Source: Escherichia coli (GTDB taxonomy: Bacteria; Pseudomonadota; Gammaproteobacteria; Enterobacterales; Enterobacteriaceae). Taken from it: 24,000 nucleotides of DNA. The stretch lies in assembly GCF_904863375.1 (NCBI RefSeq), contig NZ_LR890326.1. One strand, written 5' to 3'. This document shows positions 9,158-17,143 of the stretch, piece by piece. The notes below the pieces were generated by a model. That model saw only the letters and a program-made list of their open reading frames with translations. It was not told the origin of the DNA and ran no database searches. Within the stretch, counting starts at the first letter, position 1. Every line of letters starts with the position of its first letter. The translations under genes were made by a program, and so were the position numbers.

Positions 9158-9176
9158 ACCAGCCACGGAGTGTTAT

Positions 9177-11180
9177 ATGTCCCGAAAAGACCTTGCCAAT
9201 GCGATTCGCGCACTCAGTATGGATGCGGTACAAAAAGCCAATTCTGGTCATCCCGGCGCGCCGATGGGCATGGCTGATATTGCCGAAGTGCTGTGGAACG
9301 ATTTTCTTAAACATAATCCTACCGACCCAACCTGGTATGATCGCGACCGCTTTATTCTTTCCAACGGTCACGCGTCGATGCTGCTCTACAGTTTGCTGCA
9401 TCTGACCGGTTACGACCTGCCGCTGGAAGAACTGAAGAACTTTCGTCAGTTGCATTCGAAAACCCCTGGTCACCCGGAAATCGGCTATACGCCTGGTGTT
9501 GAAACCACCACCGGTCCACTTGGACAAGGTTTGGCGAACGCCGTCGGGCTGGCGATAGCAGAGCGTACGCTGGCGGCGCAGTTTAACCAGCCAGATCATG
9601 AAATTGTCGATCACTTCACCTATGTGTTTATGGGCGACGGCTGCCTGATGGAAGGTATTTCCCACGAAGTCTGTTCGCTGGCGGGCACGCTGGGACTGGG
9701 CAAGCTGATTGGTTTTTACGATCACAACGGTATTTCCATCGACGGTGAAACCGAAGGCTGGTTTACCGACGATACAGCAAAACGTTTTGAAGCCTATCAC
9801 TGGCATGTGATCCACGAGATCGACGGCCACGATCCGCAGGCGGTGAAGGAAGCGATCCTTGAAGCGCAAAGCGTGAAAGATAAGCCGTCGCTGATTATCT
9901 GCCGTACGGTGATTGGCTTTGGTTCGCCGAATAAAGCAGGTAAGGAAGAGGCGCACGGCGCACCACTGGGGGAAGAAGAAGTGGCGCTGGCACGGCAAAA
10001 ACTGGGCTGGCACCATCCGCCATTTGAGATCCCTAAAGAGATTTATCACGCCTGGGATGCCCGCGAAAAAGGCGAAAAAGCGCAGCAGAGCTGGAATGAG
10101 AAGTTTGCCGCCTATAAAAAGGCTCATCCGCAACTGGCAGAAGAGTTTACCCGTCGGATGAGCGGTGGTTTACCGAAGGACTGGGAGAAAACGACTCAGA
10201 AATATATCAATGAGTTGCAGGCGAATCCGGCGAAAATCGCTACCCGTAAGGCTTCGCAAAATACGCTTAACGCTTACGGGCCTATGCTACCGGAGCTGCT
10301 CGGCGGTTCGGCGGATCTGGCTCCCAGCAACCTGACCATCTGGAAAGGTTCTGTTTCGCTGAAGGAAGATCCGGCGGGCAACTACATTCACTACGGGGTG
10401 CGTGAATTTGGCATGACCGCTATCGCCAACGGCATTGCGCACCACGGCGGCTTTGTGCCGTATACCGCGACGTTCCTGATGTTTGTTGAATACGCCCGTA
10501 ACGCCGCGCGGATGGCGGCACTGATGAAAGCGCGGCAGATTATGGTTTATACCCACGACTCAATTGGCCTGGGCGAAGATGGTCCTACGCACCAGGCTGT
10601 TGAGCAACTGGCCAGTCTGCGCTTAACGCCAAATTTCAGCACCTGGCGACCGTGCGATCAGGTGGAAGCAGCGGTGGGCTGGAAGCTGGCGGTTGAGCGC
10701 CACAACGGACCGACGGCACTGATCCTCTCCAGGCAGAATCTGGCCCAGGTGGAACGTACGCCGGATCAGGTTAAAGAGATTGCTCGTGGTGGTTATGTGT
10801 TGAAAGACAGCGGCGGTAAGCCAGATATTATTTTGATTGCCACCGGTTCAGAGATGGAAATCACCCTGCAAGCGGCAGAGAAATTAGCGGGAGAAGGTCG
10901 CAATGTACGCGTAGTTTCCCTGCCCTCGACCGATATTTTCGACGCCCAGGATGAGGAATATCGGGAGTCGGTGTTGCCTTCTAACGTTGCGGCTCGCGTA
11001 GCGGTGGAAGCAGGCATCGCCGATTACTGGTACAAGTATGTTGGTCTGAAAGGGGCAATTGTCGGGATGACGGGTTACGGGGAATCTGCTCCGGCGGATA
11101 AGCTGTTCCCGTTCTTTGGCTTTACCGCCGAGAATATTGTGGCAAAAGCGCATAAGGTGCTGGGAGTGAAAGGTGCCTGA
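9177..11180 (+). CDS. tktB: Transketolase 2
   Basis: Start set at ATG 9177 ([40 protein letters not shown]..., 667 aa), preceded by ACGGAG 19 nt after the talA stop. A TPP-binding GDGCLMEG motif is present. The track start at 9114 lies inside talA and is rejected. Confidence 0.96.
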   Translation: MSRKDLANAIRALSMDAVQKANSGHPGAPMGMADIAEVLWNDFLKHNPTDPTWYDRDRFILSNGHASMLLYSLLHLTGYDLPLEELKNFRQLHSKTPGHPEIGYTPGVETTTGPLGQGLANAVGLAIAERTLAAQFNQPDHEIVDHFTYVFMGDGCLMEGISHEVCSLAGTLGLGKLIGFYDHNGISIDGETEGWFTDDTAKRFEAYHWHVIHEIDGHDPQAVKEAILEAQSVKDKPSLIICRTVIGFGSPNKAGKEEAHGAPLGEEEVALARQKLGWHHPPFEIPKEIYHAWDAREKGEKAQQSWNEKFAAYKKAHPQLAEEFTRRMSGGLPKDWEKTTQKYINELQANPAKIATRKASQNTLNAYGPMLPELLGGSADLAPSNLTIWKGSVSLKEDPAGNYIHYGVREFGMTAIANGIAHHGGFVPYTATFLMFVEYARNAARMAALMKARQIMVYTHDSIGLGEDGPTHQAVEQLASLRLTPNFSTWRPCDQVEAAVGWKLAVERHNGPTALILSRQNLAQVERTPDQVKEIARGGYVLKDSGGKPDIILIATGSEMEITLQAAEKLAGEGRNVRVVSLPSTDIFDAQDEEYRESVLPSNVAARVAVEAGIADYWYKYVGLKGAIVGMTGYGESAPADKLFPFFGFTAENIVAKAHKVLGVKGA

Positions 11181-11205
11181 TGGTGATCGCCGGATGCTGT
11201 ATGTT

Positions 11206-11240
11206 CCCCTAACCCTAACCCTCTCCCCAGAGGGGCGAGG
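11206..11240. repeat. GC-rich imperfect-palindromic intergenic repeat between convergent tktB and ypfG (resembles what I recall as the boxC family)
   Basis: CCCCTAACCCTAACCCTCTCCCC-AGA-GGGGCGAGG, with arms 11220-11228 and 11232-11240 pairing at 8 of 9 positions. The family name is from memory and unverified. Confidence 0.5.
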
Positions 11241-11282
11241 AGACAGTCTGTGCGCTTTTTAGGGGCGCATCTGGGATTTTGT

Positions 11283-12326
11283 TTAACGGGTGATCCACAA
11301 CGTGGGCCAGGCGTCTGGCCCATGCCAGTTATCGCAGGTGGGTTCTGCGGCGTAACGCACCAGGCGAAAACGCTGACCGTCAAAGCGCCAGCGCGCCTGA
11401 ATGCCACAATCGCTTAATCCGCGCCCTTTCGCTAAGGTCACCAGTTCACGCGATTTCTCATCAAATGTTGCGTTCATCAGTTCCAGTTCATTCGTCTCCT
11501 GACCGTTGTTGAACGGCAAACGCAACCGAACCGGGCGCGAGGCTAGCGGCTTTTTACGCGACACAATCCATGCCAAATCAATGGTGTTATAGGCCCCTGC
11601 CTCACAGCTAATCATCATCAGTGCTTTATCATCGGTCAGCGCAGTGACATTCACCTCACGACGTAACGGATCAAGCGAGCAGCGCAGACCATTCATCCGC
11701 CAGTTTCCATAATCCAGCAAATCGTTGCGTTCTTCGAGTGAGAGTGGCGTCGGCGTTGGGTTAACCACCGCGACCTCTTTCAGCGCAGGCGCGGGCGGTA
11801 CGCTGAGCGGCGGTTCGTCCCCTTTCTTTATCCACGCGGTTTCACTGCCAACGCGCTTTTGCTGAGCATCAATAAACAACAACGCCGCTTTTAAGCCATT
11901 CAGAGAAATGGTCTGATTGCCATCGCGTAAGGTGATTGCCTTCCCTTCCTGAATCAGCTGCAAAAACGCGGTGATGGTTGCCGTATCATCGGTTACTAGT
12001 AACCATGGTGAAATCCGCCACTTGTCACCACTTAACGCCAACGGCTCACCATCTAACAGCAGCCGTGGCGCTATCTCCCCTTCAGACGCATCCGGCGACT
12101 TCAACCCGCCGCGCTCAATACGTAAAACGGCATCGGTATGCGCCCCGGCGCTGCGGCTCAGGGTCATCACCAGTCCGTTATGATCGCCCGTATTACGCGC
12201 CACGCAGAAGTTTTGGTTATTACAGGTGACCTGCCAGTCGGAAAACGCCCGTTGCGCTGGTGCCGCCCACACCAAAGACGTCGGCAACAAAGCGAAAAAA
12301 AAGAGAAGGAAAATGCGATAGCGCAT
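11283..12326 (-). CDS. ypfG: DUF1176-family exported protein YpfG
   Basis: 347-aa ORF with a clear N-terminal signal peptide (MRYRIFLLFFFALLPTSLVWA/AP). Sequence and position (between tktB and nudK) match my recollection of YpfG. Confidence 0.9.
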   Translation of the reverse strand: MRYRIFLLFFFALLPTSLVWAAPAQRAFSDWQVTCNNQNFCVARNTGDHNGLVMTLSRSAGAHTDAVLRIERGGLKSPDASEGEIAPRLLLDGEPLALSGDKWRISPWLLVTDDTATITAFLQLIQEGKAITLRDGNQTISLNGLKAALLFIDAQQKRVGSETAWIKKGDEPPLSVPPAPALKEVAVVNPTPTPLSLEERNDLLDYGNWRMNGLRCSLDPLRREVNVTALTDDKALMMISCEAGAYNTIDLAWIVSRKKPLASRPVRLRLPFNNGQETNELELMNATFDEKSRELVTLAKGRGLSDCGIQARWRFDGQRFRLVRYAAEPTCDNWHGPDAWPTLWITR

Positions 12327-12451
12327 GGACGGTACGACCCCAGAAGTTCAAACAAACAGCACAAGTCGTATCTTCGTTGCGCAGGTAGCGCGGCTCAATC
12401 GGATTTGTCGGATTGAGCCAATAATAAACAACGAAATATTATTGTTATTTT

Positions 12452-13027
12452 TCAGTCCATTAAATGTGACGTTTGCAAATAGTTAAGCAATAACACCGTC
12501 TTACCGTCACGTATCTCGCCGGTTTTAATCATCTCCAGCGCCTGGCTGAACGGCAGCTCAAGCACTTCAATATCTTCATCTTCGACACCACCACCGGCGT
12601 TAGCGCGCTGGCTGTCACTGTATTCGGCGATAAAAAAGTGGATTAGCTCAGTCACACCGCCAGGCGACATATACAGTTCAAATAATTTGCGCACTTCGCC
12701 CACTTCATAGCCCGTCTCTTCAATTGCTTCTTTGCGAATGCACACTTCCGGTTCGTCGTTATCCAGCAGCCCGGCGCAGGTTTCAATCAGCTGCCCGCTT
12801 TCATTGCCATTAACCCAGGTAGCGACACGGAACTGACGAATCAGAACCACGGTCTTTTTCTTCGCGTTGTACAGGAGGATCGTCGCACCATTACCGCGAT
12901 CGTAAACTTCACGTTTATGACGGATAACTTCGCCATCTTTGCGCGTGAGATCGTAAGTAATGTTGTGCAGGGTGAAATAGTTATCGGAGAGAATTTTGTC
13001 TTTAATGAGGGTGATTTGTTGCGTCAT
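12452..13027 (-). CDS. nudK: GDP-mannose pyrophosphatase, Nudix hydrolase
   Basis: Start set at ATG 13025-13027 ([18 protein letters not shown]..., 191 aa), preceded by GGAG 5 nt upstream. Nudix box: [24 protein letters not shown]. The track's 9-codon extension starts at a TTG with no SD. Confidence 0.93.
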   Translation of the reverse strand: MTQQITLIKDKILSDNYFTLHNITYDLTRKDGEVIRHKREVYDRGNGATILLYNAKKKTVVLIRQFRVATWVNGNESGQLIETCAGLLDNDEPEVCIRKEAIEETGYEVGEVRKLFELYMSPGGVTELIHFFIAEYSDSQRANAGGGVEDEDIEVLELPFSQALEMIKTGEIRDGKTVLLLNYLQTSHLMD

Positions 13028-13094
13028 ACCGACTCCACAGCGCGAAATGAACAATTATCTTACGCTGTGAAGTCGGGTTTGTCTGCGCAGGCTA

Positions 13095-15074
13095 TCAGTG
13101 AGATTTGACTGATTTTACCCCCAGCCAGTCAATAATCCCCTGTGCCGCATGACGTCCTTCTGCCATTGCGGTAACCACCAGATCCGCACCACGCACGGCG
13201 TCACCACCAGCGAAGATTTTCGGATTGGTGGTCTGGTAACGGTACTGGCTTTCCACATCCGCGATGATGCGACCCCATTTGTCTACCGTTACACCGTGCG
13301 ACTCCAGCCACGGCATCCCGTGCGGATTGAAGCCAAACGCCATAATCACCGCGTCGGCTGGCATGACAAATTCACTGCCTTCCACCGGCACTGGACGCCG
13401 ACGCCCCTGGGCATCCGGCTCGCCAAGACGCGTGCGCAGGAAACGAATTCCGCAAACGTGACCTTGCTCATTCAGCTCAAGCGCCACCGGCTGGACGTTA
13501 AATTCAAAGTTGGCCCCCTCTTCGCGGGCGTTCTTCACCTCTTTCTTCGAGCCTGGCATGTTAGCTTCATCACGACGATAAGCGCAGGTGACGTTACTCG
13601 CGCCGTGGCGCAGCGCGGTACGCACACAGTCCATCGCGGTGTCGCCGCCGCCCAGTACCACGACGTTGAGTCCGGCGGTATTGATAAACGGCTCTTCCGG
13701 TAGCTCTTCGAGTCCCATCACCTGTTTAGTGTTGGCGATGAGGAACGGCAGGGCGTCATAAACGCCCGGCGCATCTTCATTGGGTAAACCCGCTTTCATG
13801 GAACGGTAAGTGCCTACGCCAACGAAGACCGCGTCGTATTGTTCCAAAAGCGAATCCAAAGAGACATCTTTACCCACTTCACAATTGAGTTCGAAGTGAA
13901 TCCCCATCGCGCTGAAGATTTCCCGACGGCGTGCCAGCAGGGATTTATCCAGTTTGAAAGAAGGAATGCCGAAAGTGAGCAAGCCACCGATTTCTGGATG
14001 GCGATCGTACACCGTCACCTCTACGCCATTGCGGGTCAGAACATCCGCACAGGCCAGCCCTGCCGGACCCGCACCGATAATCGCCACTCGCTTGTCCACT
14101 TTGGTGACATGACTTAAGTCAGGACGCCAACCTTTCGCCAACGCCTGATCTGAAATGTAGCGTTCAATGTTGCCGATAGTTACTGCGCCGTGCTCATCGC
14201 GAATAGTACAGGCACCTTCACACAAACGGTCTTGCGGGCAAACGCGTCCGGTAATTTCCGGCAGGGTGTTGGTCTGGTGAGAAAGCTCGACGGCGGCGTC
14301 GATGTTTCCTGCTTTCACCAGTTCAATCCACTGCGGTATATGGTTATGCAGCGGGCAGGTCCATTCACAAACGCTGTGCTCGCCACACTTAAGGCAACGC
14401 GAGGCTTCCCGTTGTGCCTGATCGGCACGGAATGGCAGATAAATTTCATCAAAACCGGTTTTGCGCGCTTCAATCGCCAGTTTGTCCGGCTCGCCACGCG
14501 CGGGCGTTGCCTGCATTTGCTCGACTTTACTCATTACCGGCATTTCTTGTGCCGCGGTACTGGCATGCCACGGTTGATGTTCCTGACGTGCGGTGCGTAA
14601 GCGGCGGGATTTCGCCATGCCGGAGAGTGCGGCGTCAGTGACCAGTTGCAGCGCGTCCGCCGGGCAATTTTCGACACAGGCAGGACCGTTTTCGCGCCCT
14701 GCACAAAGGTCGCATTTATGCGCCGTGGCTTTAACTTTGCCAGCCGCAACGGGTGTCAGGACGATTTGCATCGTACCAAATGGACAGGCCACCACGCAGG
14801 ATTTACAGCCAATACACTTTTGCTGATTGACCTGAATGCTGTCATCAACGTGGCTGATTGCGCCATTAGGGCAGCTACGGGCGCAGGGCGCATCTTCACA
14901 ATGGTGACAGGTCACTGCACTACGTTGCTGCTGATGTTTGATAACCGTAATTCGGGGATGAAAATGGCGTTGGCTCAGGACATGTTGCTCGTCATTGTGA
15001 GCCATGACACAGGCGATTTCACAAGCATGACAACCCAGACATTGCTGACTGTTGGCCATAATAAAACGATTCAT
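13095..15074 (-). CDS. aegA: Fused ferredoxin-like / GltD-like (glutamate synthase small-subunit family) oxidoreductase AegA
   Basis: 659-aa ORF. Four N-terminal Cys clusters are present (CLGCHACEIAC, CHHCEDAPCARSCP, CIGCKSCVVACP, CDLCAGRENGPACVENCP). These are followed by GltD-like clusters (CLKCGEHSVCEWTCP, CPQDRLCEGAC) and two dinucleotide-binding motifs (GAGPAGLA, GGGDTAMD). An AAGG SD lies 5 nt upstream. Confidence 0.95.
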   Translation of the reverse strand: MNRFIMANSQQCLGCHACEIACVMAHNDEQHVLSQRHFHPRITVIKHQQQRSAVTCHHCEDAPCARSCPNGAISHVDDSIQVNQQKCIGCKSCVVACPFGTMQIVLTPVAAGKVKATAHKCDLCAGRENGPACVENCPADALQLVTDAALSGMAKSRRLRTARQEHQPWHASTAAQEMPVMSKVEQMQATPARGEPDKLAIEARKTGFDEIYLPFRADQAQREASRCLKCGEHSVCEWTCPLHNHIPQWIELVKAGNIDAAVELSHQTNTLPEITGRVCPQDRLCEGACTIRDEHGAVTIGNIERYISDQALAKGWRPDLSHVTKVDKRVAIIGAGPAGLACADVLTRNGVEVTVYDRHPEIGGLLTFGIPSFKLDKSLLARRREIFSAMGIHFELNCEVGKDVSLDSLLEQYDAVFVGVGTYRSMKAGLPNEDAPGVYDALPFLIANTKQVMGLEELPEEPFINTAGLNVVVLGGGDTAMDCVRTALRHGASNVTCAYRRDEANMPGSKKEVKNAREEGANFEFNVQPVALELNEQGHVCGIRFLRTRLGEPDAQGRRRPVPVEGSEFVMPADAVIMAFGFNPHGMPWLESHGVTVDKWGRIIADVESQYRYQTTNPKIFAGGDAVRGADLVVTAMAEGRHAAQGIIDWLGVKSVKSH

Positions 15075-15279
15075 AACGACCTTCTTTTTTGGTTGTAAAA
15101 ACCTTATTCTTTATATGAGTGTTGTTATTACCCGACTTACAGGGGAATCGGCAATGTTCATGTGCCCAGAATAAGTAACTATTTCGCTATAAACTGTGGC
15201 AGATCAAATAATCCCATCACTGACTAAATTGCGTTTCAGCGAACTGGAACATTAATGATTTTTTGTGGAGAAGACGCGT

Positions 15280-16980
15280 GTGATTGTTAAACGACCCGTC
15301 TCGGCCAGTCTGGCCCGGGCCTTTTTTTACATTGTGCTGCTGTCGATTCTTTCCACGGGTATCGCTCTGCTAACTCTGGCGAGCAGTTTGCGCGACGCTG
15401 AGGCTATCAATATTGCCGGATCGCTGCGTATGCAGAGTTACCGCCTGGGCTACGATTTGCAAAGTGGCAGTCCACAACTCAATGCACATCGCCAGTTATT
15501 TCAGCAGGCACTGCATTCACCGGTATTAACCAATCTCAACGTCTGGTATGTGCCAGAGGCAGTAAAAACCCGCTATGCGCATCTGAATGCCAACTGGCTG
15601 GAGATGAATAATCGGCTCAGCAAGGGCGACTTGCCGTGGTATCAGGCCAATATTAATAATTATGTTAATCAGATAGACCTGTTCGTGCTGGCTTTACAGC
15701 ACTACGCTGAACGCAAAATGCTGCTGGTGGTGGCGATTTCCCTGGCTGGCGGCATCGGTATTTTCACGCTGGTCTTTTTTACTTTGCGCCGCATACGCCA
15801 TCAGGTGGTTGCCCCGCTGAATCAGCTGGTTACCGCCAGTCAGCGTATTGAACACGGGCAGTTCGACTCGCCGCCGCTGGATACCAGCCTGCCGAATGAG
15901 CTTGGCCTGCTTGCAAAAACCTTTAACCAGATGTCGAGCGAGCTGCATAAATTGTACCGTTCGCTGGAGGCGTCAGTAGAAGAAAAGACCCGCGATCTCC
16001 ACGAGGCCAAGCGTCGTCTGGAGGTGTTGTATCAGTGTTCGCAGGCGCTAAACACCAGCCAGATTGATGTGCATTGTTTCCGCCATATTTTGCAGATTGT
16101 TCGCGACAATGAAGCGGCTGAATATCTGGAGTTAAATGTCGGTGACAACTGGCGGATTAGCGAAGGGCAGCCAAACCCGGAATTGCCGATGCAGATTTTA
16201 CCGGTGACAATGCAAGAGACGGTTTACGGCGAACTGCACTGGCAAAATAGTCACGTTTCATCATCAGAACCGCTGCTTAACAGCGTTTCGTCGATGCTGG
16301 GACGCGGTTTGTACTTTAATCAGGCGCAGAAGCATTTTCAGCAGTTATTGTTGATGGAAGAACGTGCGACCATCGCCCGCGAATTGCACGACTCGCTGGC
16401 TCAGGTACTTTCTTACTTACGTATCCAGTTGACGTTACTGAAGCGTTCGATACCGGAAGATAATGCCACCGCACAAAGTATCATGGCCGATTTTTCCCAG
16501 GCGTTGAATGATGCTTATCGGCAGTTACGCGAGCTGTTAACTACTTTCCGCCTGACGCTGCAGCAGGCGGATCTCCCCTCCGCGTTGAGGGAAATGCTGG
16601 ATACGTTACAAAATCAAACCAGCGCCAAACTGACCCTCGACTGCCGTCTGCCAACCCTGGCGCTGGATGCGCAAATGCAGGTGCATTTGTTGCAAATTAT
16701 TCGCGAAGCGGTGCTGAATGCGATGAAGCACGCCAACGCCAGCGAAATCGCCGTTAGCTGCGTCACCGCGCCGGATGGCAATCACACAGTCTATATTCGC
16801 GACAACGGGATTGGCATCGGTGAACCGAAAGAACCCGAAGGCCATTATGGTCTGAATATCATGCGCGAACGCGCGGAAAGATTGGGTGGGACGCTGACTT
16901 TTTCGCAACCTTCCGGCGGCGGCACGTTAGTGAGTATTAGCTTTCGCTCTGCGGAGGGTGAGGAAAGTCAGCTGATGTAA
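15280..16980 (+). CDS. narQ: Nitrate/nitrite sensor histidine kinase NarQ
   Basis: Start set at GTG 15280 (566 aa, (M)IVKRPVSASLARAFFYIVLL...) because GGAG at 15267-15270 precedes it, whereas the track's GTG at 15265 has no SD. It has two TM segments, a periplasmic P-box (AINIAGSLRMQSYRL), a HAMP region, an H-box (ARELHDSLAQ) and ATP-binding boxes (NAMKHA, DNGIGI). Confidence 0.95.
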   Translation: MIVKRPVSASLARAFFYIVLLSILSTGIALLTLASSLRDAEAINIAGSLRMQSYRLGYDLQSGSPQLNAHRQLFQQALHSPVLTNLNVWYVPEAVKTRYAHLNANWLEMNNRLSKGDLPWYQANINNYVNQIDLFVLALQHYAERKMLLVVAISLAGGIGIFTLVFFTLRRIRHQVVAPLNQLVTASQRIEHGQFDSPPLDTSLPNELGLLAKTFNQMSSELHKLYRSLEASVEEKTRDLHEAKRRLEVLYQCSQALNTSQIDVHCFRHILQIVRDNEAAEYLELNVGDNWRISEGQPNPELPMQILPVTMQETVYGELHWQNSHVSSSEPLLNSVSSMLGRGLYFNQAQKHFQQLLLMEERATIARELHDSLAQVLSYLRIQLTLLKRSIPEDNATAQSIMADFSQALNDAYRQLRELLTTFRLTLQQADLPSALREMLDTLQNQTSAKLTLDCRLPTLALDAQMQVHLLQIIREAVLNAMKHANASEIAVSCVTAPDGNHTVYIRDNGIGIGEPKEPEGHYGLNIMRERAERLGGTLTFSQPSGGGTLVSISFRSAEGEESQLM

Positions 16981-17055
16981 TGCCTCTTATTGACCAAAGA
17001 ATAGTGGCACTTAAGGTTCAGTATAAAAGGGCATGATAATTTACATTAACTCCTT

Positions 17056-17073
17056 TTTTTCTCCACGATTGGC
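17056..17073 (+). promoter_or_regulatory. BaeR-box upstream of acrD
   Basis: TTTTTCTCCACGATTGGC matches 17 of 18 positions of the published BaeR consensus as I recall it (TTTTTCTCCATDATTGGC). It lies 71 bp upstream of the acrD ATG. acrD is an established BaeSR (and CpxAR) regulon member. Confidence 0.7.
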
Positions 17074-17143
17074 TCGTACCTTGCCGCTACAGTGAAGCAA
17101 GTCAAGCCTACAACGATACGCAGAAACACGAGGTCCTCTTTTA

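Noticed and set aside
9114-9176. Upstream-extended starts offered by the ORF track (tktB 9114, eutS 5418, nudK 13054, narQ 15265, ypfN 22287, ypfH 23314)
   Set aside because: In each case the extension begins at a TTG or GTG, or at an ATG without an SD. It also often lies inside the preceding gene or an AT-rich leader. A downstream start with a good SD gives the family-typical N-terminus and length.
8931-10133. 400-aa minus-strand ORF opposite the talA 3' end and tktB
   Set aside because: It is completely overlapped by two strongly recognisable genes (talA, tktB). The translation is Arg/Phe/Leu-rich with no recognisable domain. It spans the talA-tktB junction without regard to gene boundaries and has no SD. 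It is a long antisense shadow, not a gene.
11206-11221. (CCCTAA)2 telomere repeat as a sign of eukaryotic contamination or a linear-replicon end
   Set aside because: There are only two units, embedded in a typical enterobacterial intergenic palindromic repeat and flanked on both sides by contiguous E. coli genes. It is kept only as a G4-potential observation.
11075-11407. 110-aa minus-strand ORF spanning the tktB end, the intergenic repeat and the ypfG 3' end
   Set aside because: It crosses two convergent real genes and a repeat element, is out of frame with ypfG, and has a Gly/Pro/Ala-rich shadow composition.
15075-15279. FNR site in the aegA-narQ divergent region
   Set aside because: Only a right half-site (ATCAA, 15203-15207) is present, with a 2/5 left half (CTGTG). 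It is not called.
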